Shown here: in pieces, positions 26,831 through 38,508 of the stretch
How positions within the stretch are numbered: the stretch's first letter is position 1
Layout: each line of letters opens with the position of its first letter
Source: Mobula hypostoma
Taxonomy: Eukaryota
Direction: 5' to 3'
Assembly (NCBI RefSeq): GCF_963921235.1
Contig: NC_086100.1
Location: forward strand, 143,592,001 to 143,656,000
DNA length: 64,000 nucleotides
The notes under the pieces: generated by a model
What the model saw: only the letters and a program-made list of their open reading frames with translations
Databases searched by the model: none
Told to the model about the DNA's origin: nothing
Program-made: the position numbers and the translations under genes

Positions 26831-27386
26831 TTTATACATTAAGCACATATGGGAATGTTTTATTCTATTAAACTTATTTTAAGAAGCATTCATTTCCACC
26901 AACGTGAATCTATTAATTCTGCTCCAAGGTAAGTTGGTCAAAGGTAACAACAAAATCTCTTCAGAAATTGTCATACCAAACTATTTGCTTGCATATTTCT
27001 AACAGCTGCTCTTGAAATGTTTTGAAAGCATATCCTTTTGTGAACTGAAAGAAATATTTCTTTTTTCTTGCTCTTTGGAGTCACCGAGAATGAGGGTTCA
27101 ATCTAAATAAGCCTTATAAAACTGATTTGAATTTAAGCTAAGATAGAAGTAGGAGTAGGTTCAGCAGAAGTCTTTTTATTCTTTTCTGAGATGACCAACA
27201 TTTTCCATTGGTGTCTAGGAAACAATACAAAGAAATCACATAACTGTTTCTCTGAAGCTTTTACCTCATTTATGTTGGAGAAGCAAACAGAATACAAATG
27301 AAACTCTAGGGGTGAAACTCTTAAACAATTTCTGCAAAGTTCAGTTATTAAACCCCACAAATTGAATTAAGCAGCCCTCTTTAATT

Positions 27387-27792
27387 GAATTAAGGAGCTA
27401 GGACTTTACTCTTTGGAGAGAAGGAGGATGAGAGGAGACATGATAGAGGTGCACAAGATAATATGAGGAATAGATAGAGTGGATAGCCAGCGCCTCTTCC
27501 CCAGGGCACCACTGCTCAATACAAGGGGACATGGCTGTAAGGTAAGGGGTGGGAAGTTCAAGGGGGATATTAGAGGAAGGTTTTTTACTCAGAGAGTGGT
27601 TGGTGCGTGGAATGCACTGCCTGAGTCAGTGGTGGAGGCAGATACACTAGTGAAGTTTAAGAGACTGCTAGACAGGTATATGGAGGAATCTAAGGTGGGG
27701 GCATATATGGGAGGCAGGGTTTGAGGGTCGGCACAACATTGTGGGCCGAAGGGCCTGTACTATGCTGTACTATTCTACGTTCTATGTTCTAT
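27387..27792 (+). mobile_element. CR1 3' fragment, same young subfamily as 1768-3104
   Basis: The translation is near-identical to the C-terminus of ORF 1844-2686. Tail TTCTACGTTCTATGTTCTAT. Confidence 0.95.
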
Positions 27793-29514
27793 TTGGCATG
27801 CTACTGCTCATTAGGGTCAATCCAGGGATCATACCTCAGGTCCATACTATTGATTAGCTCATTTTGAAACTACAATGAGAGGCCACAGAGAGCTAACATT
27901 GTGTGTAGTACTCACTGGGCCACTGGGCACAGCCAAAAGGCTCAAACATAAAATGATTTTATGTCTTTCACAGGTGCATCTGGACAAATAGGGTCCACCA
28001 CAAATATGTCCCATTGAATTACTGCAGCAAATCAAATCAGTTCTTGCAAGTGTTTGTTTTCCCAGTCCTAAAACATTTCTAATTTAATTCAAATAGGGAA
28101 CATGCAGATACCCACTAGTTTGAATAGCCCCTGTGCAGACATGGGATACTGTTTCAAGTCAATGACATTTTATCAAAATTGATGAAAGCAGACAATTCCC
28201 TGAAGCAGTAAGTCTGTTTCCCTGATCGTTGAAGCCATCTGAGCTGACGAGTATTTCCAGATGTTCCTTTCCTATTTTTAATTTCCAACAGCACAGCGTT
28301 TTGCATTTGCACCATGAAGATAAATATAATTTTACAGTAACTTAATTTGTTTTGCAGCAATTGTAAAAGTAAATTGCAGAATTTCTTTTTAACCAATCAT
28401 TTCTCCCATTGCTACTATAAAGAAGATTTAAGATGGTTGGCAAGGGCTCCCAAATGGATGAGTTTGAATAGTCTCAATTCACTACTCGGTAGAAGCAAGT
28501 CCGCAGGCTCAATATCACCTACTAATTGGATAATCATATTCACAGTAGCTGGAGGAATAGATGGTGCAATAAATGAAAAGTGAAAATGAGGCAGCGGTGG
28601 GTAACATTCCCAGACTGTGAGTGAGGCACACCACACAGTGAGTTCTGCTCCCTGCTAAGTCTAAAGCTGTTGCCAAAAATAAGGAAATAGAGGCCTAATG
28701 TCCGAGAGCTATTCATAATAAGAAAGATTTAAAAAAAAAACCTCTACAGACCATGAAGATTCTCAGTTCTACTGACTAACTATACATTAGTGGCAATGCA
28801 TATTTCAAAATGTAAAGATATTTCAGTTGGTATTGCACAAAAATATTAACAAAAATGAAGAACAACATTTTCATTTGGTTTAATAAAATCAAAAATTTAT
28901 TTTCAAGCAATTAGTTATTGTAGGACTTTAAACTAATTCACACTTTAATATTGCAAACAATATTTGCCCTTTATTTCAGCAGGACATTCTGAGATTTGTC
29001 GAAAGTTTATTAAGCCCAAGGGCTTAAATCTCTAACACTTGGTCTAGATAGTAATTTTCATCATAAATAATAGATTTTACTGAAGGCATTAGACATGCTA
29101 TAAAAAATGTTAGCCTTATAAAAGTTGTCACCTTTATGCTGCCAGTATTTCAATCCTGTTTGCTGATTTCAAATAAGGCCAGGAAAAATACAATTAATGC
29201 AGAAAATTCACACTGTTCTTCTTATGGGTTGCTAATTTCTGAACTTATTTCATTTCTATTGAAATAATATAAATACCTATGTGTTTCAGAAGGTATGATT
29301 TTTATTAAATTATTGTTTCTATTCTCCGAAATGCTTCTAAAGCAAAAAAGTGGGCACTGTGTGGTGAATGATATATAGAGTATATAAAGACAATATTATG
29401 TAATTGAATGTGACCTTCAAATTGATTGAATTCAATTTTATTCAACAATGTTTGTTGTGGTATAACTTAGTTTTATCACCAAGCAATCCAGGTTAAACTG
29501 ACAAATGTCCACCT

Positions 29515-29715
29515 CTGTGTATGTATGTGTGTGTGTGTCTATGTCAATGCATGTTATTGTGTTTGTGGATATGACGTGTGTGTGTACTAAAGTGTTTGTG
29601 TATCTGTGTACAGTTTGTAGATGTGCGAGCATGCTTGCACCTTGTGTACGTGTTGGTGTTTTTGCATGCATGTATGCGCATGTGTCAATTGACCTATGTG
29701 AGCTTATGTATGTAG
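29515..29715. repeat. Degenerate (TG)n low-complexity tract
   Basis: Visible TG/TATG-rich sequence. Confidence 0.8.
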
Positions 29716-29719
29716 GCAT

Positions 29720-32700
29720 GTTGGTGGCATCCGTTAGTCTCCCGAGACCATGGATCTGCGCCTGGAAAGTCTTGCTTCAGTCTGCATTAGAGCAGCGTCT
29801 GTTGTGGCTGTAGAGGCCCACACGGTAGTGACAGTCTCGGCTGCAGCGACTGCACTTGAAGGCACTGTCCTCCAGCATTGTCTTGGTGCTGTTTTTCTGA
29901 CGAGGGTGCTTTACTTCAGCAGCAAGCCTCAGCTTCTCTTCTCCTCCTTTTAGACCTCTGCGTAGTTCCAGCCTCCCGTGAGAGCGATCACTTGCGATGT
30001 CCTCCCACCTCTCGACGTTCATTTTCAGTGACTTCATGTCTCTCTTGCAAACATCTTTGAAACGGAGATGGGGCCGCCCCTGTGCTCTCTTGCGGGAGGC
30101 CAGTTCCCCATACAGCAGGTCTTTTGGGATCCTCCTGTCTGACATGTGGTGTACGTGGTCCAGCGTTGTTGGAGCAGGATGAAGAGGCTGGGTATCTGGG
30201 CAAGGGCCAGGACCTCATTGTTGGTGACTTGGTCAGTCCACGTGATGTCCAGGATGCGTCTCAGGCTGCGAAGGTGGAAGGTGTTGAGATGCCGCTCTTG
30301 TCTGTAGTAGAGGCTCCAGGTCTCGCTGCCGTAAAGCAGTGTGCTGAGGACGCAGGCCCTGTAGACTACAACTTTGGTGTGCGTCATCAGCTTTCTGTTT
30401 CCCCCAGACTCTCTTTGTCAGCCTGGCGAATGTTGAGGCTGCTCGTCCAATCCGTCTATTGATCTCGGGGTCTAGGGAGAGGCTGTCCGTGATGGTGGAG
30501 CCAAGGTATGTAACCTTGTGAACTACCTCCAGCTCGTAGTTGTTGATGGTAATGGCAGGGGGGTGTTCAACGCCTTGGCCCAACACGTTGGTTTTCTTCA
30601 GACTGAAGTCCTGGTAGGCTCTTGAGAAGCTGTGCATGAGGCGTTGCAGTTGCTCTTCAGAGTGTGTTGTCACTGCCGCATCGTATGCAAACAACATGTC
30701 CCTGATGAGTACTTCACGAACCTTGGTTTTTGCCCTCAGCCAGGACAGACTGAACAGTCTCCCGTCCGATCTGGTGTGGAGGTAGACACCACCAGTTGAT
30801 GTTCCAGAGGCATGTTTCAGCATGACTGCGAAGAAGATGCCAAACAGGGTGGGGGCAAGCACACAGCCCTGCTTCACACCGCTGCGGATGTTGAAGGCCT
30901 CCGAAGAAGAGCCGTTGAACTGAACGACGCCCTTCATGTCTGTGTGGAATGACTGAACTATCCTGAGGAGCCTTGGGGGACAACCAATCCTAGCGAGGAT
31001 TCTGAACAGGCCGTCTCTGCTCACATGGTTGAAGGCCTTCGTAAGTTCAATAAAAGCGACATAGAGTGGTTGTCTTTGCTCTCTGCATTTCTCTTGTAGC
31101 TGTCGAGGGGAGAAGATCATGTTGATTGTGGAGCGTTCCGACCTGAAACCGCACTGAGACTTGGGATATACCCTTTCAGCTATTTTCTACAGTCTGTTCA
31201 GGACCACGCGGGTGAAAACCTTCCCAACAATGCTCAGCAAGGGGATTCCCCTGTAACTGTTACAGTCGCTTCTGTCCCCTTTGTTCTTATATACGGTGAC
31301 AATGTTGCAGTCTCTCATGTCTTGCGGCACTGCTCACTCTATCCAGCACTGGCACAGTAGTTCATGTAGGTGGTTTAGCAGGATGCCCTTTGCACATTTG
31401 ATGGCCTCTGGTGGAATGCCATCCAATCCTGCTGCCTTCCCAGTGGGCAGGCTGTTGATGGCTTTGCTCAGCTCTTCGGCAGTCGGCAATGCATCAAGTT
31501 CCTCCATGACAGGCAGGCATTCCACGGCGTCTAGCGCGCTGTCCGAGATGCTGTTTTCTCTGGAGAAGAGTTCAGAGTAATGCTCCACCCATCTCTCCAT
31601 CTGCTTGCCTTTGTCATTAATGGTCTCGCCTGTTATCGTTTTCAGTGGTGCTGTCTTGCTCTGGGTTGGCCCGTTAGTTTTCTTGATCCCCTTGTCCACT
31701 CCACGGATGTTGCCTGTGTCAAATGATTTCTGAATGCCTTCGCATAGTTGTAGCCAGTAGTCATTTGCACAGCATCTGGCTGTTTCCTGGGCCTTGCATC
31801 TTGCTGTCCTTAGTGCTTGCAGTGTCGCCTGGGTGGGGTGGTGCTTGTGCTCTAGTAGTGCAACACGCTTCACCTGGATGACAGCCGTGAGCTACTTGAG
31901 CTCGCTTCAGACCAGTCCTGTGTCTTGCCCCATTTCTTCCCAAAGGCCTTGAGTGCAGTGCTGTGGATAGTGTCCCTGAGAGAGTCCCATCTCTGCTGAG
32001 CATCTCCTTCTGGTAGGTCTGCAAGAAGAGCATCCTCCAGTGATTTGATGAACTCCACAGCTTTGCCTGGGTGTTGTGTCTTACTGACATCGATGCGCTG
32101 CTTGCCTGGAGGCTTGGCGCAGTGCATCTTTTTCGGCCGACGTCTGATCTTGCAGCAAACTAGAGAGTGATCTGTGTCACAGTCGGCACTCTGAAAGGAG
32201 CGAGTCATGAGCATGTTTCTCAGGTGACGGCGTCTTGTGATTATCAGGTCTAACTGGTGCCGGTGTTTGGAGCGGGGATGCTGCCAAGACACTTTGTGCT
32301 GAGCTTTGGTCTGGAAGTAGGTGTTGGTGACACACAATTTGTGGAGCATGCAAAGCTCGAGCAGTCGTTGCCCGTTGTCATTCATGCTGCCAATCCCATA
32401 CCACCCCAGGCAGCTTGGTCAGGAGTCGTGGTTGGCGCCCACTTTGGCATTGAAGTCGCCAAGTAGCAGCAACTGTTCCTGATTTGGGATCTCCTGTATC
32501 ATCATTGAGAGCTGATCGTAGAACTTGTCCTTTTTGTCTTGTGTAGAGTAGAAGGTTGGGGCATAGACGCTGACAAGTTTGACAAGCCCGTCGGATGTGC
32601 GGAGTCGAAGTGAGAAAATCCGCTCTGTCCCTTTCTCGCTAGACTCTACTATCTTCAGCAGCGAGTTCTTCACAGCAAAGCCGACACCATGCTCTCTGGT

Positions 32701-33766
32701 CTCGTCTGAGCCCTTCCCCTGCCAGAAGAAGGTATAGTCTCTTTCACGTAGGGTTCTCGATTCTGCGAGATGTGCCTCTTGGAGCATTGCGATGTCCACT
32801 TGGAGTCTCGACAGTTCATTGTTAATCACTGCTGTCTTGCTGTCTGTCACTGATCTCCCGAAGGTCATCTGATATACCAGTTGTCATGGTCCATGTATTC
32901 CAGCATCCTAGTCTGAGTGCTGGCTTCTTTCTTTGTCTTCTAGTTGTGCTTGGTGCAGCGTTTACAGTCCGCAGTTCGGGCTACTTGTATCCCTAAGCTC
33001 CACGCACCCAGTGGAGTGGACGGACTGTGATGGGACAGCACCTAATTGGCTGGGGGTTGCCCAGCTTGAGGTGGGTGCTGTGGGCGGTTGCTGTCCAGTG
33101 AGATGCGATGGTCTCACCCTCCGTTGAAAGCAAACCCTGGCGCCTTGCTCTACACCAATCTAGCGCAGGCTTATAACTGGTAGACTGCTGCTTTCTGTGT
33201 TGTGCTGTTGCGGTGAGGCGACGCTGAAGTGTCCTCTCCAGGGCGCAGGCCTGGGCAAGGTCGTATGGAAGATGGGCAGTTGCCCATGCTGCAAGTCTCC
33301 CCTCTCCACAACACTGATGTTGTCCAAGGGAAGGGCAAGGGCCGATACAGCTTGGCACCAGTGTCGTCGCAGGAGTTGCCAGAACGAGGTTGAAGGCAAC
33401 GTCGGACTGCCTTAGGGACTCCAGCTCTGGATTTGTCCTCAGGGTTTACTCCCGAAGCCTTTCCCATCAGTGGGTACGGCCGCAAGGCAGCGGAGGTTTG
33501 AAATCAGAGTTTCCCTCTCTTAGATGGACTGCCTTCCCAGGCTGATGAGCTCCATCTACCAGAAGCACTGGTTTTAAGACACCAGGACCCGCCTTCGCCC
33601 CTTCTCCTGTCAGTAGAAACAGTTCCACGGGGCTTAGAGGCTAAGCCACACAAGAAGGCCAGGAGTTGGACTTAGTTGTCAGAGGCTATTTGAGGCGCAT
33701 GCCATGAGGAGCACTTTTAGGTAGCGGGATCTTGTCCCCACTACCACCCCTCGGCTTGACAACCTT
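29720..33766 (-). mobile_element. Full-length RTE-clade LINE (about 4.05 kb), ORF disrupted
   Basis: APE endonuclease (GVGFAV, YAPT, GDFNA, DTDH), RT (GVKQGCVLAPTLF, LFAYD from FADD), and C-terminal CxxC...H...C finger. Long GC-rich 5'UTR. Perfect 11-bp TSD TATGTAGGCAT at 29709-29719 / 33767-33777. Confidence 0.95.
29777..32930 (-). pseudogene. RTE EN-RT ORF split by several frameshifts and stops
   Basis: Successive minus-strand ORFs 32419-32868, 31870-32385, 31761-32090, 31334-31873, 30233-31120, 30034-30387 and 29777-30145. Confidence 0.9.
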
Positions 33767-35964
33767 TATGTAGGCATACCTGAAAAGAAAAAAAACAGTT
33801 AGACATAAACACTGAGATTAGGAGCAGGTGTAGGCCATTCAGCCTCTTGATCCACCTCTGCTATTTGACAAGACTATCTATGATGTGACTGCAATTTCCG
33901 TTTAGCTTCCCTTCCATTGCATCTCTTTTAGATATTGGTCGAGAAATACTGAACACCCAAGAGATGAATTAATCTATCATTATACAGTATACCCATGACT
34001 GTTTAATGTGAGACCACAGCTTGAAGTTTCTGTAGCCCAAGGCCATATATGAGGACACAGCCCGCAAAGAAAGATATATAAATATCTCATGTTGTAGACT
34101 GGGACAAAGTGAGGAGGTGATAGGGAAGAATGCTCACAGTCATGCAGAAGAAGCTGTGGTTCAGAGTTTGCAAATGGTTAGGTGAGGGTCAGATGCCAGC
34201 TAATGCTGAAGGTGGAGCCAATGCTTGTCTGTCAAGGGAGAGCCGATTGCTGAAGTGGTGGATGAGTGGAATTTAATTGCCAGTGGCAGGGATGATTGAG
34301 ATGGAGTGAAATTGTTGAACTGATGGGAGGGGGAGCTGAGACAGAACCTGTGTTTTGCATGGAAAGTTACATCGTTACTTCTCCAGTTAAAAGTTCAAAG
34401 TATATCTATTTTCAATGTATGTATACCTTATACAGCCTTGCGATTCACCTTCTTGCCGGCAGCCTGAAGACAAAGAAACACAATAGAATCCACAAAAAAA
34501 AACAAACCTCGAAGATGGTCAAATATCCAGTGCATGAAAAAGAAAGAACAAATCATGAAAACAATAAAAAAAGAAAACAAACAATCCATGGACCATGAAC
34601 TGTAGAGTCCCCCAAATTTATTCTATGGGCACGGAGCCAGCTCGGTGCTGCAACCTGTCCAGGAGCGCAATGCCTGCAGGCCACAGCCATGGAATAAGGT
34701 TCAATGCTGAGCTGAGTGTCGCTGGCTGCAGGCCACACCTGCAGAGTTAGTTCAGCACTGAGATGAGTAAAGCCTCATGGAGTAGTGAGCTGAAAACCAG
34801 TTCATCCTTCACCTTGGTCGTGATACCTTAATCTTTTTAATCTGGCTCGGTGTTTAAATCTGCAGGTTTTATCCACTCTCAGGCCCAGGCCTGGCTACTT
34901 CAATACAACCTGAAGATTAAGTCCTGTCCTAAGTCTGCTCCAGCAATGGCTGCCACGGCTGTACGTGCATTCTCATGAGTCCAGTTCACTAAATCCTTCA
35001 GGATACCACAAAAATGCCCCATTGTACAGATATAATGTGACTGACAGTAAATGTGCATCAAATGCACAAACATTGTCCAGACTGAAAGTACTTGGTTATA
35101 TTTCTGGAGGGACACAATTCATTCCAGGAACCATCACACACATGATCTTCTTTGAAAATAATTAATTTGCACATACTTATCTCTGAAAAGAGCAGTGGCA
35201 TACTATTGAACTCTTAGGCAATTCATGTCAAAATTGGAACTTACTTTGCATTATTTAAGAGAAAAACTTGGCAATTACAGCCCTCTGAGGCTAACCTCAG
35301 CAGTAGAGAAGTTAGTGGAAAAAATTCTGAAGGACAGGATTAATAATCACTCGAAAAAACAAGGATAATCTAAATGGACTGAGAAATGGTAGATCAAATT
35401 TAACCCTGATAAATGTGAAGTGATGAATTTTGGGAGTACTAATTAGGCTAGGAACTAAATCATAGGTAAATAGTAAATTCTTAGGGAGTATTAAGGAACA
35501 GAGGACGCTTGGCGTGCAAGACTAAAGATTATTGAAGATAGCAGAGAAGGTAGACAGTGGGGTTAAGAAGATATATGGGTTACTGGTCTTCACTAATATG
35601 GAAATGTAAGACATGAGTAGGCTGTGCAGTGTTGTACTTCAACTGCATAAAACACTCCCCAGACATCAGCTGGAGTATTGTGTGCAGTGCTGGTTATAAC
35701 ACTCACACTCCAGGAAGGATGTGATACTAATGAAGACATACAAAAGGGATTCACCAGGATATTGCTTTGGATTGAGTGTCTCAGTTAGGAGAACAGACTG
35801 AAGAAGTTAGATCTGTTTTCGCTGAGTAGAGGAGATTAATTGGGGAACTCTGATAAAGGGATCAGCTAGAGGCATATAAAATAATGAGGGGTCTGTATAG
35901 GGTATACCTCAGGAACCCATACCTCTTTATCAGAGATGAATAAAAAGGGAGGATGTAGATTTTA

Positions 35965-36432
35965 TTTTCAAATGTTTTTATTGTGAGCAACATCAGCTTA
36001 ACCACAACTGACAATGTTCTAAAGTACAAAGCTTCTTTTTTTCTTTTCTTTCTTATAACAACATAATGAAAGTCCAATGAATGTATGTATAGTAAACAAG
36101 CAAAAAGCAAAGGAAACCCTACCACCCCATCACCTTTCCCCTTCCCAGCCCTACCCTCCCCTCACCCCTCCCGTATGTGGTGATTAGGTCCTACCGCCCC
36201 CCAAACTTAGTTCAGCTGTCGGTCTCTTCTAAATACAACAGTAATGGTTGCTAGATTTTTTCAAATTCCTTGAGTCTGTCCTTGATAACGTATCTTATCC
36301 TCTCTAGATGCAGAGTATCCATTAATGCAGCCAGCCATTGTCTGAGTGATGGAGTTTTCTCCCTTTTCCAAAACATCAGTATGAGTTTCTTTCCATTAAG
36401 TATGCCATAGGTCAGGAGTTGTTGCTGGGTAA
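35965..36432 (-). mobile_element. L1-clade LINE 3' fragment
   Basis: The minus strand encodes TPSLRQWLAALMDTLHLERIRY...FEKI*QP, followed by AATAAA and an A-rich tail. 16-bp TSD GAGGATRTAGATTTTA at 35949-35964 / 36433-36448 (1 mismatch). Confidence 0.8.
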
Positions 36433-36562
36433 GAGGATATAGATTTTAGATATGTGGTAGAAAAGTTAGAGGGGATGTAAAGAGGACATTTTCATCTGAA
36501 AGGTTATGAGTGCCTAAAGTTCAGTTTCTAAAGAAGTGGAGACAGCAGAGTTGCCAAAAGTA

Positions 36563-37056
36563 TAGAAACATAGAAAGATAGAAAATAGGTGCAGGAGCAG
36601 GCCATTCGGCCCTTCGAGCCTGCACCGCCATTCAGTATGATCATGGCTGATCATCCAACTCAGAACCCTGTACCAGCCTTCCCTCCATACCCCCGATCCC
36701 TTTAGCCACAAGGGCCATATCTAACTCCCTCTTAAATATAGCCAATGAACTGGTCTCAACTGTTTCCTGTGGCAGAGAATTCCACAGATTCATTACTCTC
36801 TGTGTGAAGAAGTTTTTCCTAATCTCGGTCCTAAAAGGCTTCCCCTTTATCCTCAAACTGTGACCCTTCATTCTGGACTTCCCCAACATCGGGAACAATC
36901 TTCCTGCATCTAGCCTGTCAAATCCCTTTAGGATTTTATACGTTTCAATAAGATCCCCCCTCAATCTTCTAAATTCCAACGAGTATAAGCCTAGTCGATC
37001 CAGTCTTTCATCATATGAAAATCCTGCCATCCCAGGAATCAATCTGGTGAACTTTC
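36563..37056 (-). mobile_element. CR1 3' fragment (young)
   Basis: Encodes RKFTRLIPGM...LGLYSLEFRRLRGDLIETYK...FFTQRV. Tail reads (TAGAAACA)n on the + strand. Confidence 0.9.
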
Positions 37057-37060
37057 TTTG

Positions 37061-37100
37061 TACACATGTCCTAAATATAATAATATTTAGGACATGTGTA
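37061..37100. repeat. Perfect 18-bp inverted repeat with 4-nt loop
   Basis: TACACATGTCCTAAATAT-AATA-ATATTTAGGACATGTGTA. Confidence 0.95.
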
Positions 37101-37108
37101 GATGAGCA

Positions 37109-37305
37109 TGTGCCAGCTGGTGGTGTAGTGGCATCAGCACTGGACTTCAAGGCACATGGTTCTGAGTTCAAACCCAGCCGGATCCCAACCTGGGCAGCAG
37201 CAGTATCTGTGTGGAAGAAAGACTTCTGTATCTTGCCAGGAAAGCCCTATGGACCCTGTGGTGTCACAAAGAGTCAGACTTGACTTAACGACTGAACAAC
37301 AGCAA
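37109..37305 (+). mobile_element. tRNA-derived SINE with RTE/BovB-like 3' tail
   Basis: A-box-like TGGTGTAGTGG and B-box GAGTTCAAACCC. Tail GTCACAAAGAGTCAGACTTGACTTAACGACTGAACAAC. TSD AGATGAGCA at 37100-37108 / 37306-37314. Confidence 0.85.
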
Positions 37306-37619
37306 AGATGAGCACGGAAGTAGCCTAGGCATAGGCACCAATGGGCCAAGTATTGGAGGATATTTTCCCTCGTCCAGTACCAACATGGTAGACCAAGTGG
37401 CCTGTTCTTAGACTGTATGAATTTATGATTCAACTAAATATAAAAACGAAATTCTTTTATTCCCACTTTTCTTATAAAAAGAAAATAGTATTTGGCAAAT
37501 GCCACAAACATATTACCATACCTCTTCATGGCAAATATAATGGTAATACAGTTACTGCACAAGAAAATAAAATCTGTCATTGTTTGTTTTTGAAATGAGT
37601 TACTAAAAGTTAAACCATA

Positions 37620-37975
37620 AACATGAAAAAATCTGTGATACTGGAAATCCAAGCAACACACACAAAATGCTGAAGGAACTCGGCCTTGCCAGACAGTATC
37701 TATGAAATAGTGTAAACAGTTGATGTTTCGAGCTAACACCTTTCTTCAGTACCTTCCAGCCCTTTATCTGATTCACCAATAAATTTCCCAGCTCTTTACT
37801 ACACCCCTCACCCTCTTCCAGTTTCACCTATCACCTGCCAACTTGTACTCTTCCTCCCTTTCTCCAACCTTCTTACTATGACTTCTGTCCTTCCTTTCCA
37901 GTCCTGAAGAAGAGTCTCAGCCCAAAACATTGACTTTTTACTCTTTTCCATATATGTTTCCCGGCCTGCCTAGTT
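37620..37975. mobile_element. Old PLE 3' fragment with inverted terminal copy
   Basis: Minus-strand terminus at 37620-37750 and plus-strand 3' repeat at 37750-37975. Decayed hammerhead CAGTCCTGAAGAAGAGTCTCAGCCCAAAACATTGACT. Confidence 0.7.
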
Positions 37976-38122
37976 TTAATATGTTTAAAATGTTTGAACA
38001 ATTCAGTTGTGAATCATATGTTTTTAACATATTGAATGCAATGTTCCCATTTAGATTTTCAAATTCTTACACATTTTTGCAAAAAGGAAAATCTTTTTTT
38101 TACACTTTTTAATTTCTCAAGG

Positions 38123-38315
38123 CAATCACTGTCTGGTACACGGGGGCTACTGCACAGGACCAACAGAAGCTGCAGAGGGTTGTAAATCTTGTCAGCTCCA
38201 CCTTGGCTACTAGCCTACAAATTACTCAGGACATTTTCAAGGAGCAGTGTCTCAGAAAGGCAGTGTCCATTATTAAGGACCTCCAGCACCCAGGGCATGC
38301 CCTTTTCTCACTGTT
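38123..38315 (+). mobile_element. Rex1/Babar fragment
   Basis: Close reverse complement of 38850-39035. Confidence 0.8.
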
Positions 38316-38508
38316 CTGTACGAAGGTAAACAAATTGTTTTGTCCAATACTAATCATGACGCATGATAAAGCTTACTAAATTAGTCATTTGTAATCAATA
38401 TCTTCCAGCCGTCCATTTGAATACAACATGATTTAAATCATCAAACAAACTTAAATCTGTATTTCTCTGGCTAGTTAACATTAGCTAATCATGGGTTTCT
38501 TTGTTATA

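Larger units (their letters stand above)
35295..37430 (+). mobile_element. Old CR1 ORF2 3' region hosting L1, CR1 and SINE insertions
   Basis: Decayed EKILKDRI, FNPDKCEV and LEYCVQ motifs. It resumes after each insertion and ends in a ATGAATTTATGATT tail. Confidence 0.65.

Noticed and set aside
1768-27792. Inverted near-identical CR1 ends as the boundaries of one large element
   Set aside because: Each copy has its own tail and truncation point, so these are independent insertions of the same young subfamily.
28347-28636. Short ORFs in unique DNA as host exons
   Set aside because: No recognisable protein motifs or convincing paired splice sites.
29438-29813. ORFs rich in T/H or V/C/M
   Set aside because: They are artefacts of a degenerate (TG)n tract.
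33541-33570. CTGATGA on the + strand as a hammerhead core
   Set aside because: No helix II followed by GAAA and NUH, and it is antisense to the RTE.
36641-37171. 176-aa ORF as a gene
   Set aside because: It is a chance read-through from an antisense SINE and the palindrome into the CR1 C-terminus.
37112-37185. tRNA gene
   Set aside because: The tRNA-like head continues into a SINE body and tail and is bounded by a TSD.
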